Of a stretch of 64,000 nt of DNA, positions 56,119-64,000 are shown in pieces; the stretch's first letter is position 1, and each line of letters opens with the position of its first letter. The notes under the pieces are model-generated. The model was not told the DNA's origin, searched no databases, and saw only the letters and a program-made list of their open reading frames with translations. Location of the stretch: assembly GCA_964540825.1 (NCBI GenBank), contig CAZINT010000003.1, positions 83,250-147,249 on the forward strand, in the 5' to 3' direction. Source of the stretch: an uncultured Gammaproteobacteria bacterium. Lineage in GTDB: Bacteria; Patescibacteriota; Patescibacteriia; Magasanikbacterales; GWA2-37-8. A program made the translations under genes and the position numbers.

Positions 56119-58641
56119 ATGAATGTTTTAGAGCGTTTTTCTACTCATGTGCGTCAGGTTCTGGCAAAAAGTATTCAGCTCGCTGCCGAACTCAAACATA
56201 AAGAGGTTGAACCGATCCATCTGTTTTTTTCGTTAGCCGGTCAAAAGGGCTCGGTTGGGGCAGAAATTATTAATCGCTTTAAACTCGACCCCAAAAGTCT
56301 TGAGTATTATTTGTTCAATTTACCCGTTGTCAAAGCCCGACCCGTCCGGCGCGCCCCTGCTGCCGCACTTGTTATGACGCCACTCTCGGCCGAGGCTCAG
56401 CGCGCAGTTGAAAAAGCCATGCTCATTGCCGAGCAAAACCGCCACAACTACGTCGGGACCGAACATTTGTTAGCCGGGCTCCTGGCGCTTCACAACTCCC
56501 TGCTTGAGGATATTTTTAAAATGAACGCTATTACGCTCGCTGACCTCAACAAGCAGCTTGACACCGTGCTCGCTAACGCCACCCAGTTCCCCCGCATCAA
56601 CGACGTAAGCGAGGTCGTGGAACAAATTCAAGATACTTTAGGTGAAAACCAGCATCCTCCGCATATGGGCGAACATCATAATCACACTGCTCCAAAAAAT
56701 AACAAAAAAACCGAAGCGGCTTTGGATTTTTTTGCGACCGAACTAACCAGTAGCGAGACAGAAAGCACACTTGACCCGGTTGTCGGCCGCGCTGGTGAAA
56801 TCGAACGCCTTATTCAGATTTTGTGCCGACGCAGCAAAAATAATCCAGTGCTTCTGGGTGAACCTGGTGTTGGTAAAACGGCTATTGTCGAAGGACTGGC
56901 TAAACGAATTGTTGCCGGTGACGTTCCCGATCTCCTCCTTAACAAAAAAATCTACGCCCTCGACCTAGGACTCCTGATTGCTGGCACGATTTATCGCGGC
57001 GAGTTTGAGGGGCGGCTCCGCCAAGTGATTGAAGAAGTCACCGAAAACCCTGATATCATTTTATTTATTGACGAAATTCACAATATTGTCGGTGCCGGAT
57101 CAAACCAAGGCACCATGGATGCCGGCAATATTCTCAAGCCCGCCTTGTCGCGCGGACAAATTCATTGTATTGGCGCTACAACGCCGCAAGAATTTAAAAA
57201 ACATATTGAAAACGACCCCGCGCTCGAACGCCGTTTTCAATCTATCTATGTCGAGGAACCAAGTCTGGCAGACACAGTAACGATTCTCAAAGGCATTAGA
57301 GAAAACTACGAACATTTTCACCATATTGCAATTACCGATGAAGCAATTGAAATGGCCGTACGCTTGGCTGACCGGTATATCAGTAACAAATTTTTGCCTG
57401 ACAAAGCGATTGATCTTATCGACGAAGCAGCGGCAGCTAAACGCCTAGCGCAAAAGGTGGCGCCGTGGCAAAACAAACTTGCCAAATTAAAACAAAAACT
57501 TGAAAAAACGATTCAGGCCAAAGAAACCGCTGCCCAAAACGATCATTTTGAAGAAGCAGTAAAACTGAAAGAGGAGGAAGAAAAAATTCGCACAGCAGTT
57601 AAACAAGCCGAAAAAATAGCCGGCAGCAAAAAACCCAAAATTTTAGCCAGCATTACTGACCAAGATATTTTGGCGCAAATCGCCCGCATCACCCACACCG
57701 CACCAACTGAACTTATTCTTGAGGACACCGGAAACTTACAGCTGATTGAGCAAAAATTGCGCTCCGCGATTGTTGGCCAAAGCGAGGCCATTACTACGGT
57801 GGCTGCTCAGGTACGCCAGGCACTTATGGGACTCTCGCACCCTGACCGCCCACTTGCGTCGTTCTTGTTTGTCGGCGAATCGGGTGTCGGTAAAACCGAA
57901 CTGGCGAAGACGCTCGCGAAAACCCTCTACCCCGGACGTGACGCCCTTATTCGCCTGAACATGAGCGAATTTAATGAAAGTTTCGGAGTATCAAAATTAC
58001 TCGGCTCCCCGGCCGGATATGTTGGCTACAAAGAAAGCAATCAGTTTACTGATAAAATAAAACAAAACCCGCACTGCGTGCTTTTATTTGATGAAATTGA
58101 CAAAGCGCATAAAGACGTTACCAAGCTTCTCTTACAAATGCTTGAAGATGGCGAGATAACCGACTCGACGGGCAAGAAAATTTCTTTAAAACATGCTATA
58201 CTAATCATGACTACCACGCTTGGAGCCGAAGATGTTAAAAAAGGACTTCTCGGGTTTGGCGGCAACACTACTTCGGCAACAACTCAGCAAGCGCAGCTGG
58301 TTGAAAAGCTCAAAGACTATTTCTCGGCTGAGATTATCAATCGAATCGACAGTATTTGCTTCTTTAATCCGCTGACACAGCTTGATTTAGTGACTATTGC
58401 CGAGCTCGAACTGAACCGCCTGAATGATCGGCTTAAAATACACCACACCAAACTCAGCTCACCGACTCCGGTACTGGAGTGGCTTATCGAGCATCAAAGC
58501 AAGGCGAGTCAAAATGCTCGGGAAGTCCGCCGCACTGTTAGGACGCAGGTCGAAAAATTAATCGCTGAAATCCTCTTAACCAAAAAAATTAACGCCCAGT
58601 ACGAACTGACTGTTACTGATGAGCAGCTTGAACTTCGCTAA
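56119..58641 (+). CDS. clpC: ATP-dependent Clp protease ATP-binding subunit
   Basis: Clp-N repeats, two AAA modules ([16 protein letters not shown]), UVR motif and LGF loop. Confidence 0.93.
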   Translation: MNVLERFSTHVRQVLAKSIQLAAELKHKEVEPIHLFFSLAGQKGSVGAEIINRFKLDPKSLEYYLFNLPVVKARPVRRAPAAALVMTPLSAEAQRAVEKAMLIAEQNRHNYVGTEHLLAGLLALHNSLLEDIFKMNAITLADLNKQLDTVLANATQFPRINDVSEVVEQIQDTLGENQHPPHMGEHHNHTAPKNNKKTEAALDFFATELTSSETESTLDPVVGRAGEIERLIQILCRRSKNNPVLLGEPGVGKTAIVEGLAKRIVAGDVPDLLLNKKIYALDLGLLIAGTIYRGEFEGRLRQVIEEVTENPDIILFIDEIHNIVGAGSNQGTMDAGNILKPALSRGQIHCIGATTPQEFKKHIENDPALERRFQSIYVEEPSLADTVTILKGIRENYEHFHHIAITDEAIEMAVRLADRYISNKFLPDKAIDLIDEAAAAKRLAQKVAPWQNKLAKLKQKLEKTIQAKETAAQNDHFEEAVKLKEEEEKIRTAVKQAEKIAGSKKPKILASITDQDILAQIARITHTAPTELILEDTGNLQLIEQKLRSAIVGQSEAITTVAAQVRQALMGLSHPDRPLASFLFVGESGVGKTELAKTLAKTLYPGRDALIRLNMSEFNESFGVSKLLGSPAGYVGYKESNQFTDKIKQNPHCVLLFDEIDKAHKDVTKLLLQMLEDGEITDSTGKKISLKHAILIMTTTLGAEDVKKGLLGFGGNTTSATTQQAQLVEKLKDYFSAEIINRIDSICFFNPLTQLDLVTIAELELNRLNDRLKIHHTKLSSPTPVLEWLIEHQSKASQNAREVRRTVRTQVEKLIAEILLTKKINAQYELTVTDEQLELR

Positions 58642-58697
58642 TACCGGTGTAGTCGCGGGCGGCTACAACTCACACTACTCAGGTTTAAATATTCTGT

Positions 58698-59630
58698 ATG
58701 CCCCCGGCTCGGCCAGTCTCAAACAATTCAGCAGTCCGAAAATTTGGACAGGCCCTCAGCCTGGCAGCAGCTCTTGGCGGCAGTGCGCCAGCAGCCCAGC
58801 CACAGCGCACACTCAGCGAGACAGAACAAATGAGTGCGGCGAACGAACTTGGAAATTCTCTGGCCGTAGCGCGAGGCAGCGGCCTTGGGGCAGCGCCAAC
58901 CTCGGACGAAAATTACCAACCCCCTGCCGGCACTAATTTTGAAGCAACCGAAACTAGCAAACCAGGTGAAAAACAATCTTTAACGAAAAGATTATTTGGC
59001 GTCACGAGTGCAAAAGCAAACTATAGCCGCTCTAGCCGGAACGATTATCAAACTCCTGATCGCTCTAAATCCACCCCTACTACAGAGGGCACACCTGAAT
59101 CAAACACCTATGACCAGCTCATGGCCGAACAAAATCGCAGCCGCGCGCTTATAAAAGCTGAACAACAGTCCGAAAAATCTGACGATACACTGCGCAATCA
59201 AATTACCGGCGGTAATCTTTTACATATTATTAAACGGGTCTTGCCCAATTTTGACAGCTTGCTTGGCGGCATCGAAAAAGCGCCTGCCGAAAAACGCCTC
59301 CCTTTGCTGGAAAATCTTAAAAGCGCTCTTCGCGCGGCTGAAACAGGCGCTGGTTTTATTGACGGATGCTCAACGTGGCTAGAAATTTTTTCCCTCAGTA
59401 TTCCTACGATTGTCGTTCCCTTTTTGCTACCCTTCCTATTCTTACCCTGGGTGATTCTCTATATGTCTTTTGGAAGAATTTTAGGCGGAACACTGTCGGT
59501 CGGTGTTCATAAAATCACTCAAATTGTTGACGCGATGATTGCGGAAACCAAAAAACAAATTGCCAAAAAACAAAAGAAAAGAAATCTATTACTGCGCCTC
59601 ATGCAAATGCAACGCCGCCAATCCGCTTAA
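58698..59630 (+). CDS. Hypothetical protein with disordered N-terminus and C-terminal TM hairpin
   Basis: 310-aa ORF in the clpC-radA cluster. Confidence 0.7.
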   Translation: MPPARPVSNNSAVRKFGQALSLAAALGGSAPAAQPQRTLSETEQMSAANELGNSLAVARGSGLGAAPTSDENYQPPAGTNFEATETSKPGEKQSLTKRLFGVTSAKANYSRSSRNDYQTPDRSKSTPTTEGTPESNTYDQLMAEQNRSRALIKAEQQSEKSDDTLRNQITGGNLLHIIKRVLPNFDSLLGGIEKAPAEKRLPLLENLKSALRAAETGAGFIDGCSTWLEIFSLSIPTIVVPFLLPFLFLPWVILYMSFGRILGGTLSVGVHKITQIVDAMIAETKKQIAKKQKKRNLLLRLMQMQRRQSA

Positions 59631-59657
59631 TAAACTATTGTATTTAGTCTTACCTCT

Positions 59658-60890
59658 ATGTCGCCTCTTCTTAAGAGAATTCTCCTTATCGCACTCCTCG
59701 TTGTAGTCGCGCTCGGAATTGGTTTTGGCCTCTATTACTTGTTTAACCGAACCGGTTCGCTGGCTGGTGTTAGCCCAACACCAGCGCCAGGGGGCGCGCA
59801 GCTGCCCGGATCAGGCGAACGACCAACAACGACTCCCGGGGGAATAACTCCCGGCGCAGGCACAGGAACGACCCTTCCTGCTTCGGGCGTCACACCGGCC
59901 ACGCCTTCACCCAGCTTCTACCAGCCAAAGCCGGTTGAAAAAGTAAGCAATGATTTTGCCATCTTTCCTTCGCTGAGTACAGCCGGCGACGTGCGCTATC
60001 ACAACGCGAGCGATGGAAGATTTTATCAAATTCAGCCTGACGGCCAAATAAAAACGCTTTCTGATCAACAGTTTTATAATGTTCAAAACGTTACCTGGGC
60101 CAAGACAGCCGACAAGGCCGTGCTGGAATACCCCGATGGCTCAAAAATTATTTATAATTTTGACACCAAAAAACAAACATCACTCCCCAAGCACTGGGAA
60201 GACTTTTCCTTCTCTCCTGACGGCAATCAACTGGCCGCCAAAAGCATGGGCCTTTCACCTGAAAATCGCTGGCTCGTGACCACCAAGGATGACGGCAGCG
60301 GCACAACACTTATTGAGCCACTTGGCGATAACGGCGATGCTGTTCAGGTCGCCTGGTCACCAAGCCGCCAGACAGTCGCCTTTGCTCAAACCGGCCAAGC
60401 GCTCGGCCTCGATCGCCGCGAAGTCCTGTTGGTTGGTTTACAGGGTGAAAATTTTAAATCAACGGTTGTGGAAGGGCTCGACTTTTTGCCAGCCTGGTCA
60501 CCAACCGGCAAAAAACTACTCTACAGCGTTGACAGTGCGCGCAGTGATTTCAAGCCTGAACTCTGGATCGTAAATGCCTACGGCGACGAAATTGGCACCA
60601 ACCGCCAATCACTCAGTATCAACACCTGGGCAGACAAATGTTCCTTTGGAGACGATGATACCCTGTTTTGTGCCGTGCCTCGCAACTTACCGCAGGGGGC
60701 CGGCATGTCACGCGATGTCGCCAAAGATTCTTATGACGATCTGTACAAGATAGACCTGAAAACCGGCGCCAAGGTGCCAGTACCACTTGGCGACGATTAC
60801 CACATCAACAATATTTCTTTTGATAAATCCACTAATAAAGTATACTTTACTGACCAAGATCAAACGGGAATTTTTGAGGCAAAATTATAA
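59658..60890 (+). CDS. Membrane-anchored TolB-like beta-propeller protein
   Basis: TM helix, Pro/Thr linker and WSP repeats (FSFSPDG, AWSPS, AWSPTG). Confidence 0.8.
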   Translation: MSPLLKRILLIALLVVVALGIGFGLYYLFNRTGSLAGVSPTPAPGGAQLPGSGERPTTTPGGITPGAGTGTTLPASGVTPATPSPSFYQPKPVEKVSNDFAIFPSLSTAGDVRYHNASDGRFYQIQPDGQIKTLSDQQFYNVQNVTWAKTADKAVLEYPDGSKIIYNFDTKKQTSLPKHWEDFSFSPDGNQLAAKSMGLSPENRWLVTTKDDGSGTTLIEPLGDNGDAVQVAWSPSRQTVAFAQTGQALGLDRREVLLVGLQGENFKSTVVEGLDFLPAWSPTGKKLLYSVDSARSDFKPELWIVNAYGDEIGTNRQSLSINTWADKCSFGDDDTLFCAVPRNLPQGAGMSRDVAKDSYDDLYKIDLKTGAKVPVPLGDDYHINNISFDKSTNKVYFTDQDQTGIFEAKL

Positions 60891-60898
60891 TCTACCGT

Positions 60899-61555
60899 AT
60901 GTCGCATACTAAAAAATTCTTTCTTGTTCTTCTGGCCCTTATTTTGGGCACCCTGCTCCTCCTTGGCAAACAAATTAGCCGCGCGTTTACTATTACCACA
61001 GCACCGACCAACCAACCGCTGATTAGCCCGCTTACCACCGATATTCCAAGCGACAGCACGGATCCGATTTTTGGTAACCCGGGAGCCGCGCTTAGCATCG
61101 TTGAGTTTACTGACATTGGCTGCGCAGAGTGCCAGCGAGTTCACCATATTCTTACGACTTTCATCGCCGCTCACCCCAAAGATGCCCGCCTCATCTGGAA
61201 AGATGCACCGAATCGAAGTATTTTTTTGAAAGAAAATATTCCAGCGCATGTGGCTGCTTTTTGTGCCGAACAGCAAAATAAATTTTGGGAATATACTGAC
61301 GCAGTCATGGCTGACAAAAAATATACTTCTACCAAGAATCTTATAGAGCAAGCCAGCAAGCTTGCATTGGACATTCCCGTCTTTGAAGCCTGTCTCAAAG
61401 ACCCGGCTTCGACAGCACGAATAACCAGCGCTCGGATTCTGGCCCAGCAGCTCGGCATTACAACTGCACCAGTATTGTTCGTTAACAACCGGCGCATCAC
61501 CCTCACCAAAGACATCGATCTTACAGAGCTGCTTGAAGCCTTTATTGCCCTATAA
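60899..61555 (+). CDS. DsbA family oxidoreductase
   Basis: IVEFTDIGCAEC, AAFCA and GITTAP motifs. Confidence 0.88.
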   Translation: MSHTKKFFLVLLALILGTLLLLGKQISRAFTITTAPTNQPLISPLTTDIPSDSTDPIFGNPGAALSIVEFTDIGCAECQRVHHILTTFIAAHPKDARLIWKDAPNRSIFLKENIPAHVAAFCAEQQNKFWEYTDAVMADKKYTSTKNLIEQASKLALDIPVFEACLKDPASTARITSARILAQQLGITTAPVLFVNNRRITLTKDIDLTELLEAFIAL

Positions 61556-61564
61556 TTTTTACGT

Positions 61565-62722
61565 ATGTACTCGCCTCGCCTTCCACTTGGTCAAAAAATA
61601 TTTCTGCTTTTTACATTCAGCATTCTTTGTTTGGCGGCCACCCCGGCGCACGCCATAACAACAAGCACGGGCGAAACAGTCGACAATGGATATAGCAACA
61701 TCGCCAAACAGCTTAAACCGCCTCAACCTGCTATCCATATTCCTGGTCTTGTTTTTAGCGACGTTTCTCCAACCCTCGATGAAGATGGTAATGTTTCGGT
61801 GCCATTCCTCGGCGAATACATCGGCGCGGTGTACAAGTTTGCCATGATTGCAGCCAGTGTCGTTGCCGTTATCATGATTATTGTTCAAGGTTTTCAGGTA
61901 GTGATGTCGGGCGGCGGCGAAGAACAAGTTGCCGCTTACAAAAATATTGGACGCATTGTTATCGGACTCTGTCTGGTCTGGGGATCATATTTTATTTTAT
62001 ATACCGTCAACCCCGAGCTTGTTAATTTTAAGACCTTAAAAATTAAGTATATTCCACCTCAAGTGATTAAGGTAGACGCAGCTGACGAACCGCCAACTGA
62101 TGGGCCCGCAACACCGACGACAGGCACCGGGAATGTTCCCTATTTTGCTCAATGGGAAGGGCCGTGGGCGAAACGAAAACCGGGCGACGAACTTAATCCG
62201 CCATGGCCGCTCGCAGACAGCCAAGCCGGACGAACAGACTGCAGCACAATTCAGCAGCGCGGCTGCGGCCCTACCAGCCTTGCCATGGTTTTAGCTTACT
62301 ATGGGCAAAGTGTTACTCCGCTTGATACCGCAAAATGGGGTCTTGGCTGCACCGGCGCCTGGCAGCCAAGCCAAACACTCGGAAAAAATAGTGCCAATTT
62401 TGAAGCAAAATGGCCCGGGCTTACTGCTAAAACAGTTAAAGCTGAACAAATTTTACCTTTACTTACGAACGGTAAACCGCTGGTGTATAATTGTGCACCC
62501 TGCCAAGGCCTGAATAAGGATGGAAAACCGGCCAAGGAATATTCCGGACATTATGTGGTACTTACTAAACTGCAGCAGCGCGATACCCAAGGCTTAGCAA
62601 ATGATCAAATCATTGTTGAAGTTAACGACCCCGGAGCAAACCCAACTAAACGCATTATGACCATGACCATGCAGCAAGTACTTGATCATTACCGGACAGC
62701 CGTGTACGTTGATAAAAAATAA
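61565..62722 (+). CDS. CPR pilin-like (VirB2/TrbC-like) TM domain fused to a C39-like peptidase
   Basis: Signal peptide, two TM helices ending YFILYTVNPEL, then VPYFAQW, GCGPTSLAMVL, GHYVVL and VNDP. Confidence 0.8.
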   Translation: MYSPRLPLGQKIFLLFTFSILCLAATPAHAITTSTGETVDNGYSNIAKQLKPPQPAIHIPGLVFSDVSPTLDEDGNVSVPFLGEYIGAVYKFAMIAASVVAVIMIIVQGFQVVMSGGGEEQVAAYKNIGRIVIGLCLVWGSYFILYTVNPELVNFKTLKIKYIPPQVIKVDAADEPPTDGPATPTTGTGNVPYFAQWEGPWAKRKPGDELNPPWPLADSQAGRTDCSTIQQRGCGPTSLAMVLAYYGQSVTPLDTAKWGLGCTGAWQPSQTLGKNSANFEAKWPGLTAKTVKAEQILPLLTNGKPLVYNCAPCQGLNKDGKPAKEYSGHYVVLTKLQQRDTQGLANDQIIVEVNDPGANPTKRIMTMTMQQVLDHYRTAVYVDKK

Positions 62723-62723
62723 C

Positions 62724-64000
62724 ATGCCCTCTAAATACGAAACAATTTTTACCTGCAGCAACTGCGGCGCTCAATTCCAAAAATGGATTGGGCGCTGTTT
62801 AGAGTGTGGAAAATGGGGAACGGTTGAAAAAGCCCAAATATCAAATGCCAAATTACAAAACGATGAAGTGATTTTACCCACGAAGACCGTGAAACTGAGC
62901 GAGGTAGGAGGTAAAAATTTTAAACGAATTGCTACAGGCATCTCGGAACTTGATCGCGTGCTCGGCGGCGGGATCGTACCGGGGAGTCTTATTCTTCTTG
63001 GCGGCGAACCGGGTATTGGTAAATCAACACTTTCGCTCCAACTCGCCGCAGTCCTTCCCAACACGTTCTATTTTTCAGCCGAAGAATCTGCCGAGCAAAT
63101 TAAAATGCACGCTGATCGCCTCGGTATTACAGCGCCGACACTTCAACTCGCCAACGAACCGGAAGTCGAAAAAATAATTGCCACGCTTACCCCAACCAAA
63201 AAAGAAGCGCCCATGCCACTCCCCGGACTCGTGATTATCGACTCCATTCAAACGCTCTACTCAAACGATGTTGAAGGCGAACCGGGAAATATCAATCAAA
63301 TCCGCGCTTGCACCGTCAAACTCATGGAGCTGGCCAAAACGAGCGGCATTCCCATTGTCATTATTGGCCACGTCACTAAAGAAGGAACTGTTGCGGGACC
63401 GAAGACACTGGAGCATTTGGTTGATACTGTTTTATACCTCGAGGGCGATCAACACCATCTGTACCGAATACTTCGCACGGTCAAAAATCGTTTTGGAGCG
63501 ACCGACGAAGTGGGTATTTTTCAAATGGAAGAAAAGGGGCTTATGGAAGTTAAAAATGCTTCAGCCTATTTTATGTCTGAACGCGGAGAAGATTTGCCGG
63601 GAACTATTCTCACCTGTCTGATCGAAGGCACGCGCCCTATCATCGTTGAAATTCAAGCACTCGTAAACAAAACTGCGTTTGGCTACCCAACGCGTAAATC
63701 GAGCGGTTTTGATTTAAACCGCCTCTATGTTTTGATCGCTGTACTCCAAAAACGAGCAGGACTGCACCTGGAACAATATGACGTGCACATCAATGTGGTT
63801 GGCGGACTCACCGCTGACGAACCGGCGGCTGACCTCGCTGTCGCTATGGCCATTGCCAGCGCCTACAAAGACAAACCGCTCGGGCACGACCTCGTCGCGT
63901 TTGGCGAAGTAGGCCTTGGCGGCGAAGTGCGCTCAATCCCCCAGCTAGAAAAGCGCATTCGCGAAGCTGAGCAGCTCGGACTCAAACGGGCCATAACCAA
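62724..64000 (+). CDS. radA: DNA repair protein RadA/Sms (3' end runs off the window)
   Basis: CSNCG...WIGRCLECGKW zinc finger, GGEPGIGKSTL, KNRFG and GEVGLGGEVR. Confidence 0.97.
   Translation, partial: MPSKYETIFTCSNCGAQFQKWIGRCLECGKWGTVEKAQISNAKLQNDEVILPTKTVKLSEVGGKNFKRIATGISELDRVLGGGIVPGSLILLGGEPGIGKSTLSLQLAAVLPNTFYFSAEESAEQIKMHADRLGITAPTLQLANEPEVEKIIATLTPTKKEAPMPLPGLVIIDSIQTLYSNDVEGEPGNINQIRACTVKLMELAKTSGIPIVIIGHVTKEGTVAGPKTLEHLVDTVLYLEGDQHHLYRILRTVKNRFGATDEVGIFQMEEKGLMEVKNASAYFMSERGEDLPGTILTCLIEGTRPIIVEIQALVNKTAFGYPTRKSSGFDLNRLYVLIAVLQKRAGLHLEQYDVHINVVGGLTADEPAADLAVAMAIASAYKDKPLGHDLVAFGEVGLGGEVRSIPQLEKRIREAEQLGLKRAIT

Noticed and set aside
1-64000. Alternative genetic code (TGA read as Gly)
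   Set aside because: Core genes are full length under code 11, and TGA ends complete-looking genes (for example at 15812).

Overview
This is a bacterial chromosome segment read with standard code 11. Its gene content and style suggest a Patescibacteria/CPR genome (inference): compact core genes, secG-ABC solute-binding protein-tRNA-Leu synteny, a pilin-like/peptidase fusion, an Fe-S-less MutY and no biosynthetic operons. Core genes include infB, rny, two HU genes, mutY, secG, rnj, lexA, tsaD, dnaE, pheST, rseP, lemA-htpX, a phosphomannomutase, clpC and radA, plus three tRNAs and a redox/stress cluster. The most striking signal is a second gene class scattered among them. About 13 mostly orphan ORFs are GC-richer than the core (strongly so in several), favour AAG/GAG-type codons and have clear Shine-Dalgarno motifs, whereas the core genes inspected have none. 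Most also have an AT-rich sigma70-type promoter, a 5' leader hairpin and a C-rich linker followed by GC-rich, often bulged 3' hairpins. In two tandem pairs (1640/2933 and 40156/41577) the promoter and 3' element are duplicated, and in the second pair the cargo ORFs look unrelated. One hypothesis is end-protected transcripts tuned for a different, possibly host, ribosome. The alternative is a gene-capture cassette system. No integrase, transposase or CRISPR array was seen.
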